This document shows, piece by piece, positions 1 to 7,372 of a DNA stretch of 32,000 nucleotides. The position numbers and the translations under genes were made by a program. This stretch comes from Nostoc sp. PCC 7120 = FACHB-418. GTDB lineage: Bacteria; Cyanobacteriota; Cyanobacteriia; Cyanobacteriales; Nostocaceae. Each line of letters starts with the position of its first letter. Position 1 is the first letter of the stretch. The stretch lies in the NCBI RefSeq assembly GCF_000009705.1, contig NC_003272.1:5730001-5762000 (forward strand), in the 5' to 3' direction. The notes below the pieces were generated by a model. It saw only the letters and a program-made list of their open reading frames with translations, was not told where the DNA came from and did no database searches.

Positions 1-213
1 AACAGTGTAGTTTTTTTACACCTATTTTGTGGACAATTTAACATTCATGGTCTTGAATATTATCATCAGAATATTCATCTGTAAAAAAACTAGCTGAAAC
101 AGCAGCTTAATATTTTGGGTATTATGTGAATTAAGTAGGCTAAAAGATTATGAGTGTGAGAGTAGGTCAGTCAAACGTTATGGAATTTACATCGCAGATG
201 AGGGGTGAAGGCG

Positions 214-861
214 ATGAGTGAAAGTATGGCATTTATCGGCGGTGTCGCCGTAGCTGGACTGGCGGCTCTCTTGATGCTCAGGGGAACAGGTAATTCCCTA
301 CAGCCTAACTTTGGAGTGGCTTCACAAATGCCAGCTAACTTAGTAGCGCCCCAGGTGATGCCGCCGCAATACCCACCTTATGGGCAAGCACCATATTCTA
401 ACCCACAACCAGCCGCACCAAATCCTGTGCAAACTGTGGAATTAGAACGATTAAAAATGGATTTTGAACGCTTAAAGAGTGACAATGAACAACTAAGAGC
501 GCAAAACCAACAACTCCAGTTCCAATTCCAAAATTGGAACAATAGCCAACAGATGCAGTTAGCTCAACAAAATACTCAAAGAGTAGCATCTGCCGCGTTA
601 CAACCCCAAAGCTCTTGGTGGAATTCACCTATGGTCTGGGCTGTTGGTGGAGCAACTTTGACAATTGGCGGTGGTATTGTTGTCGCTGGCGTACTATCTT
701 TATTCTCACCACGTTCACGCCCCACCCGTACAGTACAAGTTATTCACCCATACCAAGGCCCCACACCACCATTGGTTCCTGTACGTAGGGCTGAATTCCT
801 GCCCTCAGCCGGGATGGAAGCAAGACGGGTTGAAGCTCATGAGTATGACGAAATGAGATAA
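214..861 (+). CDS. hypothetical membrane protein, Pro/Gln-rich with a central coiled coil
   Basis: Long ORF (track 205..861 with a GTG start). The ATG at 214 sits 9 nt downstream of GAGGGG and is the more likely start. It has an N-terminal hydrophobic helix (FIGGVAVAGLAALLML), a P/Q-rich low-complexity stretch, a heptad-like segment (ELERLKMDFERLKSDNEQLRAQNQQLQ) and a second hydrophobic helix (GGATLTIGGGIVVAGVLSLF). No family was recognised. Confidence 0.55.
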   Translation: MSESMAFIGGVAVAGLAALLMLRGTGNSLQPNFGVASQMPANLVAPQVMPPQYPPYGQAPYSNPQPAAPNPVQTVELERLKMDFERLKSDNEQLRAQNQQLQFQFQNWNNSQQMQLAQQNTQRVASAALQPQSSWWNSPMVWAVGGATLTIGGGIVVAGVLSLFSPRSRPTRTVQVIHPYQGPTPPLVPVRRAEFLPSAGMEARRVEAHEYDEMR

Positions 862-917
862 GAAGGCAGGGGGCAGGAGGTATAATTATTTATCTCTACC
901 TACTCCCTACTCCTTAA

Positions 918-2846
918 TTAATAACCACCTTGAGGAGGTTCTTCAGAACTGGGTGTTTCATTGATAGATTCTTCCTCATAATTACGTGATTCTTCCATAT
1001 CATTATTTGGCTCCCCTGGATTTTCTGTCTTGGGGAGTGCTTGTTTGGCTACATTTTCGGTGGCTTGTTTAAATACAGGTTCTAACTTATCTTGCCAATA
1101 TTTAATATTCGGTAATTTTTCTGGCTGATTTTTGTATTCTAAAACTTTATCCCATTGACCGTTTTCTAGGGCTTTGTTGATGTCATTAAACAGGGCATCA
1201 GCTTTTTGCCAATCTTGCTGCCACTGATTAATCATGGCACTGGTTTCTTTAATACCGGCAGAAGCATTTGCCGGGATTGATCTTAGCATGGCGATCGCTC
1301 CGACTAAATCCCCTGATTCGTACTTCTTCCTGGCTTGTGCCACAACTTTAGTGGTGTCTTCTTTAGGTTGTGCTGCTTCCGTTGGCTGAGAGTTTGGGGA
1401 AGCTTCTGGTTCTGGTGCTGAATTAATAAAAGAGTCTAATTTCGGTTGGGGTTTAGGTACTGGTCTAGCAGCAATCAGAGTACTATCATCAACCGTTTTC
1501 AAGGCAATACCTTTATCCCGTAGGCAAGAAGTCCACTGTTGATCATTAATAATCACATCCGAATGCGCCCAAGCCAAACGACTAGAGTTAAATTTTATTT
1601 CTACCCAACCTCGTTTTGTCCGTTTACCTGTGACCTCAAAGTTAGTATTAACACCAATGGTTTGTAAAACCGTATCGGTATTAATCGAACTAGGTTCAGA
1701 ACGGATATTAGAATTACCAGCTACTACAGCCAAGCATTTATTTCCTGATGTAGCGTTATTACTCAAAACATTAGCAGCAAAATTTTTCACATTGGGATAA
1801 AAGTTAGCTACTAAGGCAGCCGCGCCACCCGCCAATACAATCCCAATTAATAGAGGTAATGGGTCAGAGTTGTGAGAGTCTTTACGTCCAGGTTTGGTAA
1901 CAACTGGGTTTGTTGGCGCAACGGCTACAGTTTGCTGGCGAGAGACAGGGGATGATGGATTAGCTGATTGATAGTAGGAGTTCTTGAGAGACTTTGCTGA
2001 TGTGGAGGATACAGCTACTACAGGATTAAGAGCATTTTGTAAGGCTTGTAAAGCTTCTGAGGCAGTTTGGTAACGATCTTTAAAGTGATAGCGCACCATT
2101 TTATTTAAGACTACTGCCAGGCGATCGCTTACATTGACTAAATGCCGCCAAATGAGTTCTCCTGTTTGGGGGTCTTCTTGTAACTGTGTGGGTAATATAC
2201 CCGTCAAGGCTTGAATGGCTATAATCCCCAAAGCATAAATATCGCTGTTAGGACGGGGTTTACCTTGCCCTTGTTCTGTAGGCATATAGCCAGGAGTACC
2301 AATCGCCACGGTAGCAGATGATTGTCCTCCCACTGTCACCAGTTGGGTACGCAATTGTTTAACCGCCCCAAAGTCTACTAAAACTAACTTATTATCAGCA
2401 GTGCGACGGATGATGTTATCTGGCTTGATATCGCGGTGAATCACCCCTTGATGATGGACAAATTCCAAGATACACAAAATTTCTTGCAACAGGTGAGTAA
2501 CTTGGCCTTCACTCCAACGATTGCCAGGGATAAGTTCCTCTGTCAGAGTATGTCCGTCAATAAACTCTTGGACTAAATAAAATTCTTGATTTTCGTCAAA
2601 ATAAGCCAGTAACCTGGGTATTTGGTCATGATGACCCAGATTTTCTAAAGTTTCGGCTTCGCTGTTGAAGAGGCGTTTGGCTGTTTCAAATACTCTGGGG
2701 TCAGATGTGGCAGGCTTGAGGTGCTTGACAACACAGGTGGGGTTGCCTGGCCGTCGGGTATCCTGAGCAATGTAAGTTTGACCAAATCCCCCTATTGCCA
2801 GGACTCTAATTACTTGGTATCGATGATCTAGTAGCTTGCCAATCAT
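918..2846 (-). CDS. Hanks-type serine/threonine protein kinase with one transmembrane helix and an SH3b-like extracytoplasmic region
   Basis: Kinase subdomain motifs are present: GGFGQTY (Gly loop), VVKHL (Lys), HRDIKPDNI (catalytic loop), DFG and GTPGYMPTEQ. A TM segment (PLPLLIGIVLAGGAAALVANFY) follows a Pro/Ser-rich linker. The segment after it (SNIRSEPSS...VTGKRTKRGWVEIKF) resembles a bacterial SH3 domain. GGAGGG lies upstream of the ATG. Confidence 0.9.
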   Translation of the reverse strand: MIGKLLDHRYQVIRVLAIGGFGQTYIAQDTRRPGNPTCVVKHLKPATSDPRVFETAKRLFNSEAETLENLGHHDQIPRLLAYFDENQEFYLVQEFIDGHTLTEELIPGNRWSEGQVTHLLQEILCILEFVHHQGVIHRDIKPDNIIRRTADNKLVLVDFGAVKQLRTQLVTVGGQSSATVAIGTPGYMPTEQGQGKPRPNSDIYALGIIAIQALTGILPTQLQEDPQTGELIWRHLVNVSDRLAVVLNKMVRYHFKDRYQTASEALQALQNALNPVVAVSSTSAKSLKNSYYQSANPSSPVSRQQTVAVAPTNPVVTKPGRKDSHNSDPLPLLIGIVLAGGAAALVANFYPNVKNFAANVLSNNATSGNKCLAVVAGNSNIRSEPSSINTDTVLQTIGVNTNFEVTGKRTKRGWVEIKFNSSRLAWAHSDVIINDQQWTSCLRDKGIALKTVDDSTLIAARPVPKPQPKLDSFINSAPEPEASPNSQPTEAAQPKEDTTKVVAQARKKYESGDLVGAIAMLRSIPANASAGIKETSAMINQWQQDWQKADALFNDINKALENGQWDKVLEYKNQPEKLPNIKYWQDKLEPVFKQATENVAKQALPKTENPGEPNNDMEESRNYEEESINETPSSEEPPQGGY

Positions 2847-3010
2847 ATTCCCTCCCCAGAGTTATTACCTAGATTCTGCCGATGGTAATAAATATCTCCA
2901 ATTTTTTTTACATGAAATCCGCTATCTTGATAAAAGATTTGGACTATATAAGCAATCTTTTTAATAAACAAGACTGTAAATTTTTCTTTTAGTGCCTTTG
3001 TTAATTACCA

Positions 3011-3499
3011 ATGCCACCCAGAATAACAAACCAAGATACCTGGCACCAGGCCGAACTCCTCATGCAGCCTGCTTTTATTCGCGTTGTTGATAATCTCCGC
3101 AAGCAGCTAGATGAATCTGCTTGGAAAGGAACTTACCAAGATGTGTTAATTTGGCCCCCCCACACCACTGATGAAACTAAAACTTTGGTGACACAGTTAT
3201 TGCAAGAAATGGAATCTGCAACCTTAGAACAGGCCGATGCCATCAGAGAGACTTTGGCTAAACTGCCAATGCCCCACCCAGGATATCATTTATGTTTGCA
3301 ACGTCAAGACCAAAGTGCCAGTATCGATTTGTGGGAACTGTGTTATCAGGTGTGTTTCTGTAATTACACATCTGGGAGTGAGGTGGTTGATATTGATACT
3401 AGTTTAATTGATGAAACAGGTGAGGTCGATTGGCAGCGTTTGGAAGTGAAGACTAAGGAATTAGTTGAGCAAGTGTTTGCAAGTTTACCAGAAGGGTAG
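3011..3499 (+). CDS. hypothetical protein (soluble, acidic)
   Basis: Clean 162-aa ORF, divergent from the kinase gene, with a HIP1 site just downstream. I recognised no diagnostic motif. Confidence 0.55.
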   Translation: MPPRITNQDTWHQAELLMQPAFIRVVDNLRKQLDESAWKGTYQDVLIWPPHTTDETKTLVTQLLQEMESATLEQADAIRETLAKLPMPHPGYHLCLQRQDQSASIDLWELCYQVCFCNYTSGSEVVDIDTSLIDETGEVDWQRLEVKTKELVEQVFASLPEG

Positions 3500-3582
3500 G
3501 GATGTTGCGATCGCCTAGTGTAGGCTGATAAGTCATAGAACTTATTGGTTTATTTCCTCATGTACAGACTTTGGGGTGTGAA

Positions 3583-3664
3583 TATCGATTTACTGTAGTT
3601 TCTCATCAAGAAGTGTGATGGGCTATCGATTTACTGTAGTTTCTCATCAAGAAGTGTGATGGGC
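3583..3664. repeat. perfect 41-bp tandem duplication (2 copies)
   Basis: TATCGATTTACTGTAGTTTCTCATCAAGAAGTGTGATGGGC occurs at 3583..3623 and again at 3624..3664. The next two bases (TA) start a third copy. It lies in the intergenic DNA at the left edge of the R-M island. Confidence 0.9.
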
Positions 3665-3910
3665 TACCGTTGGCGATGGCTAATTTAATACTTGTCACTT
3701 TCTGCCAGCCACTCAAGAATTTACTCTTCTCCATTAGCATTAACATATTGGCAGAATGAAAGTAAAAAACTGTTTACGTGCGCTGCATTAAGTGAGTTGC
3801 TTAAGTTGCGTAGTTGTCATTCCAGCAGTTTACAGAAAGACTAGATACCCTTGACAAAAGAGTACAAAGGTATCAAGCTAATTTTCTCAGAACTTAAATG
3901 CTTTAAATGT

Positions 3911-5155
3911 ATGGTACAAAGAGAACAACCTATTGCTATTGATTTGTTTGCAGGGGCAGGAGGCTTTGGTTTAGGTTTTGAAATGGCAGGCTTCTCTGTA
4001 CCTTTATCTGTTGAAATTGATACCTGGGCTTGTGATACACTACGCTACAACCGCCCTGATTCAACAGTTATTCAAAATGATATCGGTAACTTTAGTACAG
4101 AAAATGACGTTAAGAATATCTGCAACTTTAAACCTGATATTATTATTGGCGGGCCTCCATGCCAGGGATTTAGTATTGCTGGGCCAGCCCAAAAAGATCC
4201 TAAAGATCCTAGAAATGGTTTATTCATCAACTTTGCACAATGGATAAAATTTCTTGAACCTAAAGCGTTTGTCATGGAAAACGTAAAAGGATTGCTATCA
4301 AGGAAAAATGCAGAAGGTTTTAAAGTTATAGATATTATTAAGAAAACATTTGAAGAACTTGGTTATTTTGTCGAAGTATGGGTTTTAAATGCTGCGGAAT
4401 ATGGCATTCCGCAAATTAGAGAACGTATTTTTATTGTTGGCAATAAAAAAGGTAAAGTACTAGGTATTCCTAAAAAAACACATTCTCTGCAATTTTTAAA
4501 TTTAAATAGGTCTCAATTATCGATCTTCGATGATATGAGTATTATACCTGCACTAACTTTGTGGGACGCAATATCAGACTTACCAGAACTTAATGCGCGT
4601 GAAGGAAGTGAAGAGCAACCCTATCATTTAAAACCTCAAAATACTTATCAGACTTGGGCTAGAAATGGTAGTGCTACGCTTTACAATCATGTTGCAATGG
4701 AACATTCTGACCGTTTAGTAGAACGTTTCCGGCATATAAAATGGGGTGAATCCAGTTCGGATGTATCTAAAGAACATGGAGCTAGACGACGTAGTGGTAA
4801 TGGTGAATTATCAAACAAATCATATGATCAGAATAATCGCCGTTTAAATCCTCATAAACCGTCTCACACTATTGCTGCGTCATTCTATGCTAATTTTGTC
4901 CATCCTTTTCAACATCGAAATTTAACAGCCCGTGAAGGAGCTAGAATCCAATCTTTTCCAGATAACTATAGATTTTTTGGAAAAAAAACTGTCGTATCTC
5001 ATAAACTATTGCATCGAGAAGAAAGATTTGATGAAAAATTTCTTTGTCAATATAATCAAATCGGTAATGCTGTACCCCCTCTTCTCGCTAAAGTAATTGC
5101 ACATCATCTTCTAGAGAAATTAGAGTTATGCCAACAACTGATAGAAATCCTCTAG
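3911..5155 (+). CDS. DNA (cytosine-5)-methyltransferase, type II R-M modification subunit
   Basis: All canonical m5C-MTase motifs are present in order: DLFAGAGG (I), GGPPCQGFS (IV, catalytic Cys), ENV (VI), NAAEYGIPQIRERIFIVG (VIII), TAREGARIQSFPDNY (IX) and QIGNAVPP (X). A long variable TRD lies between VIII and IX. The track ORF starts at TTG 3851. ATG 3911 leaves the usual roughly 10 aa before motif I. Confidence 0.92.
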   Translation: MVQREQPIAIDLFAGAGGFGLGFEMAGFSVPLSVEIDTWACDTLRYNRPDSTVIQNDIGNFSTENDVKNICNFKPDIIIGGPPCQGFSIAGPAQKDPKDPRNGLFINFAQWIKFLEPKAFVMENVKGLLSRKNAEGFKVIDIIKKTFEELGYFVEVWVLNAAEYGIPQIRERIFIVGNKKGKVLGIPKKTHSLQFLNLNRSQLSIFDDMSIIPALTLWDAISDLPELNAREGSEEQPYHLKPQNTYQTWARNGSATLYNHVAMEHSDRLVERFRHIKWGESSSDVSKEHGARRRSGNGELSNKSYDQNNRRLNPHKPSHTIAASFYANFVHPFQHRNLTAREGARIQSFPDNYRFFGKKTVVSHKLLHREERFDEKFLCQYNQIGNAVPPLLAKVIAHHLLEKLELCQQLIEIL

Positions 5156-5427
5156 TGCATGGATCAAATCTTGAACAAAAAGAGAATCATCGTACAAAAT
5201 ACAGAGATACTGAAAGCAGGACTTTCCTTAGAGAAATCAGAACTGAATATGACAAATGGCATAAAGCAAATATGAACCTGGTTGGACCAAAATCAGAAAT
5301 TACTGACCAAGATGATTCAATTATTACTCAAAGAGTGGAACTTCTCACTAAATATAAAGATTTTTTAGATCAGCAGCATTATGCAGAAAAATTTGATTCA
5401 AGATCCAACCTTCATTCTAGTGTTTTA

Positions 5428-6336
5428 GAGACCATTTATAAAGTAAATCTTTAGACGACTAGACGACGTAGCATAATACGAGTCATAACGGCATATATGG
5501 CAGCCTCACTCATTTCTGGGAGACGCTCATAATCCTTACTGAGACGACGGTACTGGTTTAACCAGCCAAATGTTCTTTCTACTACCCACCGTTTGGGCAA
5601 AACCTGAAATTCTTGATTAGTACGCCGGATTACCTCAACATGAGCTTGAATCATCAGCCAAACAGAGAGCGCAAATTTATCACCGTCATAGCCGGAATCA
5701 ACCCAGATGACTTCAACTTTTTCCAGTAATTCTGGACGCTCTTCTAACAGTTCCATCAAAGTATAGGCGGCAAGTAATCTTTCTCCAGCATTTGCTTCAC
5801 TTACAACCACTTTTAACAAAAGTCCCAGACTATCAACCAAAGTTTGCCGCTTTCGTCCTTTTACCTTCTTGCCACCATCAAAACCGTACACATCCCCCTT
5901 TTTTCAGTCGTTTTTACCGACTGGCTGTCTGCCGCGATCGCCGTGGGTTGAGTTGACTTCCCCATTTTTTGACGAACTTGATCGCGCAAAGTATGATTCA
6001 TTTGCTCCCAGATACCTCGTTTTTGCCATTTACGATAGTAGCTGTAAACAGTTGAACTAGGAGGAAAATCCCCTGGAAGCATATCCCACTGACAACCTGT
6101 TTTCAGATGGTAGTAGATAGCGTTGCATACTTCTCGCATATCAGTTGTTCGGGGATGCCCACCGCATTTAGCGGGTGGAATCAAAGGAGCTAAAATTGCC
6201 CATTCTGAGTCATTAAGGTCTGTAGAATAAGACTTTCGTCTCATTGTTTCCTATGTAAATACACTCTACAAACAGTATCTTATCGCTGCCTTTTTATCTG
6301 ATAGCTCTCCTTTAGATTTACTTTATAAATAGCCTC
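5428..6336 (-). mobile_element. IS5-family insertion sequence (IS427/IS1031-like), 909 bp
   Basis: The terminal inverted repeats are GAGACCATTTATAAAGTAAATCT (5428..5450) and the reverse complement of 6314..6336, GAGGCTATTTATAAAGTAAATCT. They match at 21 of 23 positions. A 3-bp direct target duplication, TTA, sits at 5425..5427 and 6337..6339. There are two overlapping transposase ORFs with an A6G slippery site. The element contains a HIP1 site (5934..5941). Confidence 0.9.
5451..6244 (-). CDS. IS5-family DDE transposase, OrfA-OrfB produced by programmed -1 frameshift
   Basis: OrfA (6244..5861) is the typical N-terminal DNA-binding part (SEWAILAPLIP...YYHLKTGCQWDMLP...YYRKW). OrfB (5891..5451) carries the DDE part (WVDSGYDG, ERTFGWLNQYRRLSKDYE). 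The frames overlap at GAAAAAAGGGGG (complement of 5894..5905). A -1 slip there gives ...TEKKGDVYGFDGGKKVKGRKRQ. Confidence 0.88.
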
Positions 6337-7069
6337 TTAGAAGAATTTCTTTATTATTTATTTAAAGATTTAGTACAAGATTTCGGGCAGAACGCTCTTA
6401 TTGGTAAGTCACACACGTTCAAAGATATTTTCTTCGTACCACCAAAATATTCTGAAATGCTCAAGCGACCTTATGCGCGAATTGAGAGAAAAGATCATGA
6501 TTTCGTAATTGGTGCAACTGTTCAAGCATCGCTTGAAGCAGCACCTCCTCCAGAACAAGATAATACTCCTGGTGAAATACTTGCAATTTTAAAGGAAGAG
6601 CCTGATACATATTCTGAAGTGACAGTCACGGGTAATATTGAGACACATATTTTTGATATTCCAGTTGTTGCAATCGAATGTAAAACATATTTAGATAAAA
6701 CCATGCTTGAGGGATCTTCACGCGCAGCAGAGGATTTAAAAGCGAGAAATCCTAACAGTTTATACCTTGTGGTTATGGAATGGATAAAACTGACCAATGA
6801 TGTAAATTTACGAAAATATAAAGTTGATCAAATTTATGTACTACGTCAGCAAAAAAATACTGATAGAGAGTTTAGGTATGAGTCAACTTACATAAAAAAT
6901 TCAATTAATCCAACGGTAGTACAACATCTTTTCAAGAAGGTGCAACACCATTTAATAAAGGATTGGGCCGGTGGTATTGAGTCTGGGATACAGCGTGGAT
7001 GGTTAATTGATGAATAAACAACACGTATTATCTCCGCCCGTCCAGCTACTCGCAGAGAAAGAAAACTAT

Positions 7070-7366
7070 ATGAACAAGCCTGATGAAGAACTGCAACTAC
7101 ATTTAAAAGCCCGTGCAGCAGAAACAGTGTCAATAAAAATACCAACAGATACATTAGAAGCGCTCAAAAAAGTTGCAGCTAGTCGAGATATGACAGTTGA
7201 AGCTCTACTCAGATTTTACATTGGGCAGAGTTTGCGACAAGACTTAGCTAAATTATTTTCTGAGCGTGTACTGGAATCAACTGCTCAAGTGTTAGCACGG
7301 CATATCCAATCAGAAGATGAAGTTCTCACAATTATTCGAGAAATTCAAGCTGAAACAATTCTTTAG
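7070..7366 (+). CDS. ribbon-helix-helix (CopG/BrnA-like) protein, solitary
   Basis: The segment VSIKIPTDTLEALKKVAASRDMTVEALLRFYIGQSL fits the beta-strand/helix/helix RHH pattern seen in CopG-type antitoxins. The track ORF begins at 7007 inside the REase gene. ATG 7070 is the first plausible start. No toxin-like partner ORF is adjacent. Confidence 0.55.
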   Translation: MNKPDEELQLHLKARAAETVSIKIPTDTLEALKKVAASRDMTVEALLRFYIGQSLRQDLAKLFSERVLESTAQVLARHIQSEDEVLTIIREIQAETIL

Positions 7367-7372
7367 TTAATC

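Larger units (their letters stand above)
5128..7017 (+). pseudogene. type II restriction endonuclease (PD-(D/E)XK-like) interrupted by an IS element
   Basis: The N-terminal fragment is 5128..5427 (it reads into the IS and stops at 5452). The C-terminal fragment is open from 6316, with native sequence from 6340..7017. Removing 5428..6339 (the IS plus one TTA copy) joins ...HSSVL|EEFLYYLF... in frame to give a roughly 325-aa ORF. The 5' end overlaps the MTase stop by 28 nt, a typical M-R operon arrangement. A putative catalytic D-x6-ECK motif (FDIPVVAIECK) lies at 6655..6684. Confidence 0.8.

Noticed and set aside
3851-3910. TTG start of the methyltransferase ORF given by the track, and the same TTGACA read as a -35 hexamer.
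   Set aside because: An extra 20 N-terminal residues before motif I is atypical, and ATG 3911 is preferred. As a promoter, no acceptable -10 hexamer lies 16 to 18 nt downstream (TAATTT is 22 nt away), so neither reading is asserted.
4973-4988. T6-GG-A8 homopolymer tracts inside the methyltransferase gene as a possible phase-variation switch.
   Set aside because: The tracts are short, they are consistent with the overall AT-rich codon usage of the island, and the frame is intact. Population sequence data would be needed to claim slippage.
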